Source of the DNA: an uncultured Heliobacteriaceae bacterium
Lineage (GTDB): Bacteria; Acidobacteriota; Blastocatellia; RBC074
Direction: 5' to 3'
Assembly (NCBI GenBank): GCA_964631865.1
Contig: CAZWAK010000004.1
Location: forward strand, 31,278-95,277
DNA length: 64,000 nt
The notes beneath the pieces are model-generated. The model did not search any database, was not told the origin of the DNA, and saw only the letters and a list, made by a program, of their open reading frames with translations. Positions 18,652 through 28,757 of this stretch are shown here, in pieces (the first letter of the stretch is position 1; each line of letters opens with the position of its first letter). A program made the position numbers and the translations under genes.

Positions 18652-18751
18652 CATTTCCCAGTTTCCAATTGTCATTTTTCATTTCTCCTTGGCTGCGGTC
18701 GCATCCCTAAACAATGACAAATGAAAAATCAGAAATGGAAACTGGGAAATG
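18652..18751. repeat. heptamer-arm palindrome downstream of pepA
   Basis: 16-bp terminal inverted repeat CATTTCCCAGTTTCCA/TGGAAACTGGGAAATG with 7-nt periodic arms. Confidence 0.85.
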
Positions 18752-18761
18752 CCCCATTTTC

Positions 18762-20252
18762 TTAGCCCGCCATCTGACTGACCAAATTCACGAGCGTCCG
18801 CACACAAACGCCCGTTGGGCCAACCGACAGATACGGCTTGCTGCTTTCGTTCCAGGCCGTGCCTGCGATGTCCAAATGCGCCCAGGGCGTGTCGCCAACG
18901 AATTCGCGGATGAAGTACGCGCCCGTGATCGTGCCGGCCTTGCGTCCGCCGACGTTTTTGATGTCGGCGATGTCGCTCTTGATTTGATCGCGATATTCGC
19001 GGTCGAGCGGTAACTGCCAAATCTTTTCGCCGGACGCTTTGCCCGCATTGATGACGGCGTCAACCCATTCCTGATTGTTGCCGAGCACCGCGACATAGAC
19101 ATCGCCAAGCGCAATCGAAACTGCGCCCGTCAGTGTCGCCAAATCCACAATCTTTGTCGCGCCGAGCTTGATCGCGTACGCCACTGCATCGCACAGAATC
19201 AAACGGCCTTCGGCGTCGGTGTTGATGACCTCAATCGTTTTGCCGAGCATCGAACGCACGACGTCGCCGGGACGTTGCGCGCGACCACCGGGCATGTTTT
19301 CGACGGCGGGGACGATGCCGATGACATTGACGGCAGGCTTGAGTTGCGCAATCGCGCGCATTGCCGCAATCGTCGTCGCGCCGCCCGCCATATCGTATTT
19401 CATTTTTTCCATGCCATCCGCAGGCTTGATCGAAATGCCGCCCGTATCGAACGTCACGCCTTTGCCGACAATCGCAATCGTTTCGTTCGATGTCGGCTCG
19501 GCGCTCGGCGTGTAGGTCATCACAATCATCTTGGCGGGTTCGGCGCTACCTTGCGCGACGCCGAGCAGTGCGCCCATGCCGAGTTCTTTCATGCGCGCTT
19601 CGTCGAGCACATCCAATTCCAAGCCATATTTCTGCGCGACTTCTTCGGCTTGCCGCGCAAGTTCCGTCGGCGTCATCAGATTGCTCGGTTCGTTGATGAT
19701 TTCGCGCGCGAGGTTCGCGGCTTCGGCGAGGATGCGACCGCGTTCGGCGCTTTGCGCAAGCGATTGCGAATCGCCTTCGACCGTTGCGACGATCATCTGC
19801 TCGATGAGCTTTTCTTCTTTGTCGCTGGTTTTGTATTTGTCGGCATCCCAGAGCGACAACAACGCGCCTTCGACGCCCGCTTGCACAGCTTCGCCGAGCG
19901 GCAATTGCGAGCGGCGCAGGAACGCGAATTTGCGCACGTTTTTCGCGCGCAGGAATCGTGCTGCCGTGCCGATCATGCGCCGCACCACGTCGTTGTTGTA
20001 ATCGCTGAGCTTGCCGCCGCCGAGCAATAACAACCGCTTCGCTGCGATGTCGCCGGGATTGTGCAAATACACCGTTTCGCCGCTCTTGCCCGACAATTCG
20101 CCGTTCTCAATCAATGCCGTAATCAATCCGCCCGACCGTTTGTCAAGTTCGGCTAACGAGCCTTCTTCGGGCTTCTCGCCTTCGTAAATGTTGACGACCA
20201 GCGCGTCACATTCGATTTCATAAAACTTTCTCGCATCTGCTTTGACTTCCAT
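18762..20252 (-). CDS. pepA: leucyl aminopeptidase (M17)
   Basis: VGKGVTFDTGGISIK, MKYDMAG, NTDAEGRL, DLATLTGA, WAHLDIAGT. Confidence 0.97.
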   Translation of the reverse strand: MEVKADARKFYEIECDALVVNIYEGEKPEEGSLAELDKRSGGLITALIENGELSGKSGETVYLHNPGDIAAKRLLLLGGGKLSDYNNDVVRRMIGTAARFLRAKNVRKFAFLRRSQLPLGEAVQAGVEGALLSLWDADKYKTSDKEEKLIEQMIVATVEGDSQSLAQSAERGRILAEAANLAREIINEPSNLMTPTELARQAEEVAQKYGLELDVLDEARMKELGMGALLGVAQGSAEPAKMIVMTYTPSAEPTSNETIAIVGKGVTFDTGGISIKPADGMEKMKYDMAGGATTIAAMRAIAQLKPAVNVIGIVPAVENMPGGRAQRPGDVVRSMLGKTIEVINTDAEGRLILCDAVAYAIKLGATKIVDLATLTGAVSIALGDVYVAVLGNNQEWVDAVINAGKASGEKIWQLPLDREYRDQIKSDIADIKNVGGRKAGTITGAYFIREFVGDTPWAHLDIAGTAWNESSKPYLSVGPTGVCVRTLVNLVSQMAG

Positions 20253-20272
20253 GAGTTCGCTCCTGAAAAAAT

Positions 20273-20339
20273 GTGGCGCGATTTGCCAAATCGCGTTACT
20301 CCATCTAAAAATGGGTTGCGATTTGCCAAATCGCGCTAC
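20273..20339. repeat. two REP-like hairpins between smpB and pepA
   Basis: GTGGCGCGATTTGCCAAATCGCGTTAC (20273-20299) and a degenerate copy at 20313-20339. Confidence 0.88.
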
Positions 20340-20346
20340 GTTCCGA

Positions 20347-20808
20347 TCATTCCTCTCGATTTCTGTGTTTCATTGCTGCGCGCGCTTCGCGTTCCTGATC
20401 TTTGCGGATTTCGGTTTCGCGTTTGTCGTGCAGCTTCTTGCCGCGCGCGACGGCGACTTCGCATTTGATGAAGCCGTTCTTGAAATAAAATTTCGTCGGC
20501 ACGAGCGTCAAGCCCTTCTCCTGAATCTTCGAGCGCAACCGCTCAATCTCGCGTTTGTGCATCAGCAGGCGGCGATTGCGTTCGGGCGCGTGATTTTCGC
20601 GGTTGCCGTGCGAATAGGGGCTGATGTGAACGCTCAGCAACCACAACTCGCCTTTGTCAATCGTGATGTAGCCGTCCTTCAAATTCACACTGCCGAGCCG
20701 CGCCGATTTCACTTCGGTTCCCTGGAGTTGAATCCCTGCTTCGTAGGTTTCGAGGATATGATAGTTATGGTAGGCCGCACGATTGGTGCTGACGATTTTC
20801 TCCGACAT
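20347..20808 (-). CDS. smpB: SsrA-binding protein
   Basis: EAGIQLQGTEVKS, RRLLMHKREI, ARGKKLHDKRE. Confidence 0.97.
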   Translation of the reverse strand: MSEKIVSTNRAAYHNYHILETYEAGIQLQGTEVKSARLGSVNLKDGYITIDKGELWLLSVHISPYSHGNRENHAPERNRRLLMHKREIERLRSKIQEKGLTLVPTKFYFKNGFIKCEVAVARGKKLHDKRETEIRKDQEREARAAMKHRNREE

Positions 20809-20901
20809 GACGTGGACTCTTTACTTCTCAAGCTCAATGCAAACGACGGGGGATGATACCAGCATCGTCACGAGTGGCAAGGCGAATTTTGCAGGCGCAG
20901 A

Positions 20902-22554
20902 TTATTTTTTCGGCGCGCGATAGCCGACGCGCGAACGAATTGCCCAATTGGCATTCGTTCCTTGCACACGAATCTTGCGAAACGTGCCATCGCGCTGGTC
21001 GTTCTTCGAGTAATAACCGAGGCCGTATTGTCGCCGCAATTCTTCGGCAATGCTGGCGAACGCCTGCTTGGCATCGCCAATCGTCGCGGCTTCGTAAAAC
21101 CGCCCGCCGCTGCGATGCGCCAATTCCTGCATATACTTTTCGGCGCGCTGATAATCCGCTTCGGTCGAACCGGGCATGATCATATTTGGCGGCGGTGGCG
21201 CAGCGGAAAGCACTGCGTTGCGCGTGTCGTAATGCAAGGAATACAAAATCGAATTGGATTCTTCGATGCGTTCCATCGTGCTTTGCAGCGTGGCCTGATG
21301 ACTCGCCGTGTCTACGCCGTCGGAAAACAACACGATGGCTTTGCGTCCCTGCACTTTGTTGAGCCGTTCGGTCAACACCAAATCCACTGCGTCGTACACG
21401 CTCGTGCTGCTGCCGGTGCGCGTGCGCAGGATCGCTTTCAGCAGCTTCGTGCGATCATTCGTAAACTCGCAATCTACCCAGACCTTTTGATCGAACGACA
21501 CCACCATCACGCGATCTTGCGGGCGCAGTTGTTCGGTGAACGTCACCGCCGCGTCCTGAATGTCTTCGATCTTGAAGCGCGTGCTGCCCGATGTGTCGAG
21601 CAACAACACGACATTGAACGGATCATCTACGGCGCTGAAATGTTCGATCCCCTGCTCGACGCCGTCTTCGTAGATTTTGAAATCCTTCGCCTGCAAATCC
21701 GGGATGTATTTGCCATCCTTGTCCATCACGCGCACGGGCACATAGATGAGCGTCGTGTCAATTTTCAGCACGTCCGTGTCGGTTGTCTTTTCAGGCGCAG
21801 GTTCCTCCGCAGGCTTCGTTTGCGCATTGGTGAGCGAGGGGCGACGTTTTTCCTGCGGTTCGGCTTCAGGTTTGGCGGGATCAGGTTTCGGAACCTGTAC
21901 TGCCGGAAGCTGCGCATAGTCGCGGTGAAAATTTTTGACGAGTTCGGCAAACGAATTGGGCGTGGGCAATGTCACCAGCGGCACGCCGTTGATGAGTGTG
22001 GTTGTGTTCTTGCCGAGCGGGATATTTTTGTTCGCGGTTGGATCAGGCAAAATTCCCGTCCACATCGCCGCCGCCAGCGCCACATTGACGTCCGCTCCTG
22101 CGCGCAGCACTGCCGCCGGAAGCACACGCCCACAGACAAAGTTCAGCGCATTCGACAATTTCTTCTCGACTATGAATTGCGGCGGAACCGTATCGTCGGT
22201 GTATTGCGCGCAAACGTGAAAAACAAAATCCGCTTTTTCCAGCGTGTCCACAACCGTAAAGATTTTGCGTTGGGCAAATGAATTGCTCACGAATTCGCGC
22301 ACGCCTTCCGGCACTTCCGCGCGTTGCAGGTTGGGGCGTGATGTGTTGTTGGATGGCAATCGTGGCACCAGCACCAACTGATTGTTGGCAAGCGCCCATC
22401 CCGGAGTCGGCTTAAATCTGCATTCGCCTTTGACGACCTGGATGTACACCGCTTGTCCCGGCTTGATGGAAAAGCTGTCGGTCAGCGTGGGTTGACTGTA
22501 AATTGTGAGAGAAAGCGTACAGAGGACGGTAAGTAAGAGAAGGTGGAAACGCAT
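20902..22554 (-). CDS. secreted VWA domain protein (acidobacterial VWFA-related type)
   Basis: LLLDTSGS MIDAS, RKAIVLFSDGVD, ELRRQYGLGYY; signal peptide; AAGGAGG RBS. Confidence 0.88.
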   Translation of the reverse strand: MRFHLLLLTVLCTLSLTIYSQPTLTDSFSIKPGQAVYIQVVKGECRFKPTPGWALANNQLVLVPRLPSNNTSRPNLQRAEVPEGVREFVSNSFAQRKIFTVVDTLEKADFVFHVCAQYTDDTVPPQFIVEKKLSNALNFVCGRVLPAAVLRAGADVNVALAAAMWTGILPDPTANKNIPLGKNTTTLINGVPLVTLPTPNSFAELVKNFHRDYAQLPAVQVPKPDPAKPEAEPQEKRRPSLTNAQTKPAEEPAPEKTTDTDVLKIDTTLIYVPVRVMDKDGKYIPDLQAKDFKIYEDGVEQGIEHFSAVDDPFNVVLLLDTSGSTRFKIEDIQDAAVTFTEQLRPQDRVMVVSFDQKVWVDCEFTNDRTKLLKAILRTRTGSSTSVYDAVDLVLTERLNKVQGRKAIVLFSDGVDTASHQATLQSTMERIEESNSILYSLHYDTRNAVLSAAPPPPNMIMPGSTEADYQRAEKYMQELAHRSGGRFYEAATIGDAKQAFASIAEELRRQYGLGYYSKNDQRDGTFRKIRVQGTNANWAIRSRVGYRAPKK

Positions 22555-22570
22555 CAAACCTCCTTGAGAA

Positions 22571-22795
22571 TCAGGCTGTGTATTTTTCAGGCTGCGCGCA
22601 GATTTCATCAATGGTTGTGATGACATCTGGCTCCAAATAAGTCATCCCACATTGATCGCATTGAATCATAGGTACGTCTTCGATGATGACTGCTTGTTTT
22701 CCGCGCCCATAAAGTTCGTCGCGTTTGATTTGTCGAGCCGCACGCGCGCCACAGTTGCGGCAGATTTCATACGAATGGATTTTTCTCGAAGCCAT
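22571..22795 (-). CDS. YgiT-type (MqsA-like) zinc finger protein
   Basis: CRNCG ... IIEDVPMIQCDQCGMTY. Confidence 0.8.
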   Translation of the reverse strand: MASRKIHSYEICRNCGARAARQIKRDELYGRGKQAVIIEDVPMIQCDQCGMTYLEPDVITTIDEICAQPEKYTA

Positions 22796-22819
22796 AATCG
22801 TCAAACGCGCTCGTATATC

Positions 22820-23818
22820 CTACTCCCCCTTCAGTGGACGATCCATCAATTCTTGCAATAACTGCTGCGGCGTTTTGCCTTCGTAAAGCATTTGGTATAC
22901 GCCTTCGGTGATGGGCATTTCGACGCTGCGGCGTTGCGCGAGTTCGTGCGTCGCCTTCGCCGTCTTCACGCCTTCCGCGACCTGGCGCGTTTCGCTGATG
23001 ATTTGTTCGAGCGTGCGGCCTTGCCCCAACGCGACGCCGACTTGCCGATTGCGCGACAGATTGCCGAGACAGGTCAGCACTAGATCGCCCATTCCCGCCA
23101 AGCCGGCCAACGTTTCGCCGCGCCCGCCCAAGCGTACCGCGAGCCGCGTCATCTCCGCCAAGCCCCGCGTAATCAGCGCCGTCACGCTGTTGTAGCCCAA
23201 GCCCAAACCGTGTACGACACCCGTCGCAATCGCCATCACGTTTTTGACTGCGCCGCCGATTTCGACGCCGACGACATCCGTGTTCGTGTAGACGCGAAAA
23301 CGGCTCGAAGACAGCGCCGCCTGCACCGCTTGCGCCGCTTCCATGTCCGACGAAGCCGCGACGATGGCCGAAGGCTGATCCTGCGCAACTTCCAAAGCAA
23401 AGCTGGGGCCGGAAAGCGCGACATAACGTGGTGCGAATGTGGCTTGCAACACATCGCGCACGACTTCTTCCATCCGCATTTGCGTGTGAATTTCGATGCC
23501 TTTCGTCGCGCTCACAAAAATCATTTCGGCACGCAAATGCGGCAGCATGTTCGTGTAGACTTCGCGGCAAACGTGCGAAGGAATCGCGGTGAAAACCAAT
23601 TCTGCTTTGTGCAAAGCTTCGTGCAAATCGTGCGTCGGCGCGATGTTTTCCGGCAACGCAAAGCCGGGCAAATAGACTAGGTTTTCGCGCTTGGTGGTCA
23701 GCAGTTTGGCGACTTCAGGATCGTGCGCCCAGAGCTTGATGCGATGATGACTGCGCGCCGCAACTAACGCGAGCGCGGTTCCGTAACTGCCTGCTCCGAT
23801 GATAGCGATCTGTTTCAT
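22820..23818 (-). CDS. gpsA: NAD(P)H-dependent glycerol-3-phosphate dehydrogenase
   Basis: IIGAGSYGTALA, SGPSFA, GGAVKNV, GLAGMGDLVLTC, SRN. Confidence 0.97.
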   Translation of the reverse strand: MKQIAIIGAGSYGTALALVAARSHHRIKLWAHDPEVAKLLTTKRENLVYLPGFALPENIAPTHDLHEALHKAELVFTAIPSHVCREVYTNMLPHLRAEMIFVSATKGIEIHTQMRMEEVVRDVLQATFAPRYVALSGPSFALEVAQDQPSAIVAASSDMEAAQAVQAALSSSRFRVYTNTDVVGVEIGGAVKNVMAIATGVVHGLGLGYNSVTALITRGLAEMTRLAVRLGGRGETLAGLAGMGDLVLTCLGNLSRNRQVGVALGQGRTLEQIISETRQVAEGVKTAKATHELAQRRSVEMPITEGVYQMLYEGKTPQQLLQELMDRPLKGE

Positions 23819-23822
23819 CCCA

Positions 23823-23860
23823 CAATCTCAAATTTCAAATCTCAAATTTCAAATCTCAAA
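23823..23860. repeat. heptamer tandem tract (AAATYTC)x5, single arm
   Basis: CAATCTC AAATTTC AAATCTC AAATTTC AAATCTC AAA; contains the plsY stop codon. Confidence 0.85.
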
Positions 23861-24485
23861 CAGGCTTCGCCGCCCCGAATTTATTTTCCGTCCCGCTCAT
23901 CAATCGTTGGATGTTTTCGTGATGCTTGAAAACGATCACCGCTGCCACAATCGTGATCGCCACAAGCATTTGCGTCAGATATGGACTCGGCCACACCCAA
24001 CCATTCCAAAACCAAATCAGCGGAATCATAATCACGCTGCCGATGATGGAACCAAGTGAAATGTAGTGAGTCTTCGCTACAATGCCGATGAAGATTGCAA
24101 ATGCACACAACGCGGCAACCGGCGCGATGGCGAGGAACACGCCAAGCCCTGTCGCTACGCCCTTGCCCGCTTTGAAGCCGAGCCAGACGGGAAAGATGTG
24201 ACCGAGGATGGCTAAAATCGCGGCTCCGGCCACAATCCACGTCGTTTCGCCCCAGCCCACCTTCGTCAGCCAACGCGCGAGCAGCACGGCAACAACACCT
24301 TTCACGATGTCGAGCGCGAACGTCAGAATCCCCAGCGTCTTGCCCGCCGTGCGCAACACATTCGTCGCGCCGGTCGCACCGCTGCCCGAAGCACGCACAT
24401 CCTGGCCGGTTTTGAGTTTGACGATGATGTGTCCGAACGGAATCGAGCCGAGGAAGTAAGCAAGAATCAGGGCAATGTAGTTCAT
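23856..24485 (-). CDS. plsY: glycerol-3-phosphate acyltransferase
   Basis: YFLGSIPFG, GSGATGATN, GHIFP, GKGVATG, KHHENIQRL. Confidence 0.96.
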   Translation of the reverse strand: MNYIALILAYFLGSIPFGHIIVKLKTGQDVRASGSGATGATNVLRTAGKTLGILTFALDIVKGVVAVLLARWLTKVGWGETTWIVAGAAILAILGHIFPVWLGFKAGKGVATGLGVFLAIAPVAALCAFAIFIGIVAKTHYISLGSIIGSVIMIPLIWFWNGWVWPSPYLTQMLVAITIVAAVIVFKHHENIQRLMSGTENKFGAAKPV

Positions 24486-24488
24486 AAA

Positions 24489-24556
24489 GTAGTCGGTAGT
24501 CGGTAGTCGGTAGTCGGTAGTCGAAGATTCTACTGTCTACCGTCTACTGTCTACCG
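24489..24556. repeat. heptamer-arm quasi-palindrome (GTAGTCG)x5 ... (CTACYGT)x4
   Basis: read directly; includes the cinA stop codon. Confidence 0.9.
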
Positions 24557-25786
24557 AATTCTCCTTCTAATCATATCCAGCGCCGCATTCACCGCCAGCG
24601 TGCGAATGAATTGCCGATCACCGGGAAACAAAAACTTGCGCGATGAGCTTTGCACTTCGTCGGCAATGCCAATGTACACCAGTCCGACGGGCTTTTCGTC
24701 ACTGCCGCCGCCGGGGCCGGCGATGCCGGTGATGCCGATGCCGATGGTCGTGCGGGCGCGGCGACGAATGCCAATCGCCATCGCTTCGGCGACTTCGGGA
24801 CTGACTGCGCCGTGCTTTTCGATCAGGCGATTCGGCACGCCGAGCAACTCTACTTTCGCTTCGTTGGCGTATGCGATAACGCCTTCTTTGAAGTATTCGG
24901 AACTGCCCGGCACTTCGGTGATGCGCCCTGCCAACAAGCCTCCGGTGCAGCTTTCCGCCGTCGCCAATGTGTATTGCTTGAAGCTCAGCAATTCGCCGAC
25001 AACTTCTTCGAGTTCCTGATTGCGCAACGAAAACACATTGTCGCCGAGCACCATTTCCAACTTGCCGGAAAGTTCCTCGAGCAACTTGTTCGCTTCGGCT
25101 TCGGTCTTGGCTTGCGCGGTCAAATGCAATTCGATTTGGCCTTTGCCGAAGAGGATCGTGGTCGTTGGATTTTTGTAGTTTTTGTAGATCGGCGCGGCGC
25201 GTTCGTCTACACCAGATTCGGTCAGGCCGAAGATGCTGAGTTGTCGGCGCAACAACACGATGTCGCCCGCGCGCTCGCGCAGCTTCGGCATCACTTGCTC
25301 TGTAAACATCGGCTTCATTTCGCGCGGCGGCCCCGGCAGCAGCACGAACGTGCATTTGCCTTCGGTCATCAAAATGCCCGGCGCGGTGCCGTTGTTGTTT
25401 TCCATCGCGGTTGCGCGGTCGGGAATCAACGCTTGCCGCGAATTGATTTCGGGCATCTTCATATCGCGTTTGGCAAAGCGTGCTTGAATTTTGGCGAGCA
25501 CCGCGTCATTCAACACCATTCGCCGTTGCAGCACGCGCGAAAAAACTTTCTTCGTGATGTCATCTTCGGTTGGGCCAAGTCCGCCGGTCGAGATGATAAT
25601 CTGTGAGCGCTTCATCGCGTCCCGAATCGCTTCTTCCAAAATGGATTCGTCATCGCCGACGACGCTTTTGAATTTGACTTCAATGCCGATGGAATTGAGT
25701 TTTTCGGTGAGCCAGAGCGAGTTCGTATCGGTGCGATACGGCGTGAGCATTTCCGAACCAATAGCAATAATTTCAGCGTGCAGCAT
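24551..25786 (-). CDS. cinA: competence/damage-inducible protein A (MocF + PncC domains)
   Basis: GSEML, GGLGPTEDD, LPGPPREM, AESCTGG, TGIAGPGG. Confidence 0.95.
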   Translation of the reverse strand: MLHAEIIAIGSEMLTPYRTDTNSLWLTEKLNSIGIEVKFKSVVGDDESILEEAIRDAMKRSQIIISTGGLGPTEDDITKKVFSRVLQRRMVLNDAVLAKIQARFAKRDMKMPEINSRQALIPDRATAMENNNGTAPGILMTEGKCTFVLLPGPPREMKPMFTEQVMPKLRERAGDIVLLRRQLSIFGLTESGVDERAAPIYKNYKNPTTTILFGKGQIELHLTAQAKTEAEANKLLEELSGKLEMVLGDNVFSLRNQELEEVVGELLSFKQYTLATAESCTGGLLAGRITEVPGSSEYFKEGVIAYANEAKVELLGVPNRLIEKHGAVSPEVAEAMAIGIRRRARTTIGIGITGIAGPGGGSDEKPVGLVYIGIADEVQSSSRKFLFPGDRQFIRTLAVNAALDMIRRRIR

Positions 25787-25790
25787 AAAT

Positions 25791-25870
25791 CGGTTGTCGG
25801 TGGTTGGTGGTCGGTGGTCGGTTCGTGAGTTGCGGCGAGAACCGGCAACTGACAACCGGCAACCGACAAC
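25791..25870. repeat. heptamer-arm palindrome (GGTKGTC / RCAACCG)
   Basis: CGGTTGTCGGTGGTTGGTGGTCGGTGGTCGG ... CCGGCAACTGACAACCGGCAACCGACAAC. Confidence 0.85.
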
Positions 25871-25872
25871 TT

Positions 25873-26394
25873 TCAGTAAAGAAGTTGTGGTGCAACGAGC
25901 GGCACGAATGATAGCACTACTGCGGCGTAAATGCCCGCCACGATGTCATCAAACATCACGCCCAATCCGGCGGGCAAATCCTGGAGTTGTTTGATTGGAT
26001 ATGGCTTCCAAATATCGAACGCGCGAAAGAGAACAAAGCCAATCATCATCACAATGGTCGGATTGCTGAGTTCGGCGACGAGCAGCGGTGCGATGAGGAT
26101 GAACGAAATCAATTGGCCTGCGACTTCGTCCACAACAATTCGTTGCGCATCCTTTTCGCCAAAGATTTTCTCACCGCGATTGCCTGCCCAAACGCCGAGT
26201 GCAGAAATGATGATGCTGATGACGATGAGGACGGATTGAAAATATTGTGGAGCCGTTTTACAAATAGCGAAAACGCCGTAAAAAATGGCGAGGCCAAGTG
26301 CCGCGCCAAACGTGCCGGGGGCGAAGGGGATTAAGCCTACGCCACAAGTGCAAATGGCAGCGGCGAGGCGGTCAGGAATAGTTTGAGTTTGCAT
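25873..26394 (-). CDS. pgpA: phosphatidylglycerophosphatase A
   Basis: APGTFG, IVVDEVAG, FRAFDIWKPYPI, GVMFDDIVAG. Confidence 0.95.
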   Translation of the reverse strand: MQTQTIPDRLAAAICTCGVGLIPFAPGTFGAALGLAIFYGVFAICKTAPQYFQSVLIVISIIISALGVWAGNRGEKIFGEKDAQRIVVDEVAGQLISFILIAPLLVAELSNPTIVMMIGFVLFRAFDIWKPYPIKQLQDLPAGLGVMFDDIVAGIYAAVVLSFVPLVAPQLLY

Positions 26395-26409
26395 TGATTC
26401 GGGGAACTT

Positions 26410-26496
26410 CAACGCAAAGGATCAAAGGCGCAAGGGGACAAAGAGAATCTGTTTTGTTTGTCCTTCGTTGACCCTTTGTCTCTTTGATACGTTGCC
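26410..26496. repeat. octamer-arm imperfect palindrome (CAAAGNNN / NNCTTTG)
   Basis: CAAAGGAT CAAAGGCG CAAGGGGA CAAAGAGA ... CCTTTGTC TCTTTGAT ACGTTG. Confidence 0.65.
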
Positions 26497-26508
26497 TTTT
26501 TCTTTGTG

Positions 26509-27885
26509 CTAAATCACGCGCGCGATCAAATCGTATTCGTGCGCTTCGGTAATTTCGAGGTTGATGAACGTGCCCGGCTGAACGTCAAAGCCGTCTGGCA
26601 CATCGTTGATGAGAATGTGCCCGTCCACTTCGGGCGCTTGCGTTTCCAATCGCGCTTGCAGGAGCAGTTGGCTTTCTTCGGACACGCCTTCCAGCAGCGC
26701 GCGGAATCGCTGGCCGATCATCGCTTTGTTTTTGCGTTTGGAGATTTTTTGTTGTTCGCGCATCAGCTTCGCGCGGCGGGAACGCATCGTTTTTGCCGCG
26801 ACTTTGCCGTCCAATTCAAAGCCGTGCGTGCCTTCTTCGTCGGAGTAGGTGAACACGCCGACGCGGTCGAATTCGATGTCTTTGATGAACTGCATTAACT
26901 CTTCAAAGTCTTCATCCGTTTCGCCGGGAAAGCCGACGATGAAGGTCGTGCGCAGCGCGATGTCGGGCACGAATTTGCGCGCACGGTTCAGAAGCTTTTC
27001 GAGCATCGCGCGATTGCCGCCGCGTCGCATCCGCTTGAGCATGTTTGCGCTCGCGTGTTGGAGCGGCATATCGAGGTAGTTACAAACTTTCGATTCTTCC
27101 GCCATCACCGCCAGCGTCGCATCGCTCAATGAATTCGGGTACGTGTACATCACGCGAATCCATTCGATGCCGTCTACTTGCGCCAGGCCTTTCAGCAAAT
27201 CCGCGAGACCGTCCTTCAAGCCCAAATCCAAACCGTACTGCGTCGAGTCCTGCGAAATCAGCACGAGTTCTTTGACGCCTTGCGCGGCGAGTTGCTGGGC
27301 TTCATTGATGATCGAACCGGCACGGCGCGAACGATATTTCCCGCGCATCTGCGGAATCGCGCAAAACGCGCAGGTGTGATCGCAGCCTTCGGCAATTTTC
27401 ACATACGCAAAATGCTTCGGCGTCGCCAGCACACGCGGCGCGTTTTCGTCGTAAATGTAGGTCGGCAAGCCGCGCGTCATCCAACTGTTGGAAGCGATGA
27501 ACGCGGCGTCTTGTTGGGCTACAGCAGCCGGATCAACAGCAGCGACGATCTTTTCAATCTCGCTTGTGCCAAGCACCGCATCCACTTCGGGCAGTTGATT
27601 CAGCAAATCCTGCCGATAGCGTTCGACCAAGCAACCCGCGACAACCAATCGTTTCAAGTTCGCGGAATCTTTCAGCGCCGCCATTTCCAGAATCGTGTCA
27701 ATGGATTCCTGTTTGGCGGAATCAATGAAGCCGCAAGTGTTCACAACCATCACGTCGGCCTCTTCGCGCGCCGTCGTGAGTTCGTAGCCGTGCAATTTGA
27801 GTTGCCCCATCATCACTTCGCTGTCCACTAAATTTTTCGGACAACCGAGGCTGACGAAGCCGATTTTTGCAATGTCAGATTTCAT
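26509..27885 (-). CDS. rimO: ribosomal protein S12 methylthiotransferase
   Basis: [41 protein letters not shown]-terminal TRAM (APEVDG). Confidence 0.96.
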   Translation of the reverse strand: MKSDIAKIGFVSLGCPKNLVDSEVMMGQLKLHGYELTTAREEADVMVVNTCGFIDSAKQESIDTILEMAALKDSANLKRLVVAGCLVERYRQDLLNQLPEVDAVLGTSEIEKIVAAVDPAAVAQQDAAFIASNSWMTRGLPTYIYDENAPRVLATPKHFAYVKIAEGCDHTCAFCAIPQMRGKYRSRRAGSIINEAQQLAAQGVKELVLISQDSTQYGLDLGLKDGLADLLKGLAQVDGIEWIRVMYTYPNSLSDATLAVMAEESKVCNYLDMPLQHASANMLKRMRRGGNRAMLEKLLNRARKFVPDIALRTTFIVGFPGETDEDFEELMQFIKDIEFDRVGVFTYSDEEGTHGFELDGKVAAKTMRSRRAKLMREQQKISKRKNKAMIGQRFRALLEGVSEESQLLLQARLETQAPEVDGHILINDVPDGFDVQPGTFINLEITEAHEYDLIARVI

Positions 27886-28222
27886 TTTCTGTTTCTTCAT
27901 CAAGCTCCAACGCCGCTCGCAATGCCTGATGGAGTTCTTGGATTTTTTCCGGGGAAAGCGCGCCAACGTAATTGGTCAACAGTGATTTCGGCAAACTGAC
28001 TAATTCATCGCAATGGATGCTGCTGTCGTGCTTCAATCCCTCATCAATTCCGGCACGCACCTGCGTTTCTAGACCGTCGTGGTGTGAATAAACCGGGGCG
28101 CAAATGACAGAGGAAAAGCGCGAGTCAATCAACATTTGTCGGCTCACGATCACAAACACCCGATTCCGCTTGGGATCACGCCCGGAAGGCATTGGCACAC
28201 GATATAATTCGCCGCGTCTCAT
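27875..28222 (-). CDS. PemK/MazF family toxin
   Basis: [41 protein letters not shown] pattern. Confidence 0.88.
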   Translation of the reverse strand: MRRGELYRVPMPSGRDPKRNRVFVIVSRQMLIDSRFSSVICAPVYSHHDGLETQVRAGIDEGLKHDSSIHCDELVSLPKSLLTNYVGALSPEKIQELHQALRAALELDEETENEI

Positions 28223-28452
28223 AGCTGAATTTGATATTTCAGTACATCCATTGCTTCTTCGTTCAACCGGTCGGCGTTGCGGTTGATGATCTCCATATCT
28301 TTTGCATCGCGCTCAGCTTTTGATAAGCGTTTGGTTTTAGCCACTACAGCGGGGATTACGTTAATCGCTACTTTCTCCCCCTCCGCTAATCTAAGCGGCT
28401 GGAGCGGACGCAAAATACCATGTTCATAAACGGCTTCGATTTTAATATTCAT
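28219..28452 (-). CDS. antitoxin, DUF104/AF2212-like
   Basis: [24 protein letters not shown]; 4-nt overlap with the toxin gene. Confidence 0.85.
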   Translation of the reverse strand: MNIKIEAVYEHGILRPLQPLRLAEGEKVAINVIPAVVAKTKRLSKAERDAKDMEIINRNADRLNEEAMDVLKYQIQL

Positions 28453-28757
28453 AGTTAAGCCCCTTTCTTGCTTTGCAAGCCTGCCTTTCAGCCGTGAAGT
28501 ATAGCATCAAGTTCGATACCACAAACAAACCCGTGCCAGCAGCCGCTCAAACCCCGTGACAAATTCTGTCGCCGCCTGCGCCAAAGATTGTTATTCGTGA
28601 AATGCGAATCTGCTGGTATATTCTCCGCGCTCTGGCTGTCCGCCCTGCCCTCCCACATGGGACAGAGACCAAAACTACCGCGACTCCCGCTGCCGTTGCA
28701 GTACACCACTCCTGGCTCGAACCCACATCCTTTTTATTTCCACCAAAGGAGTCAATC

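Noticed and set aside
20809-20901. Possible tmRNA (ssrA) beside smpB
   Set aside because: The gap is too short and has no tRNA-like ends.
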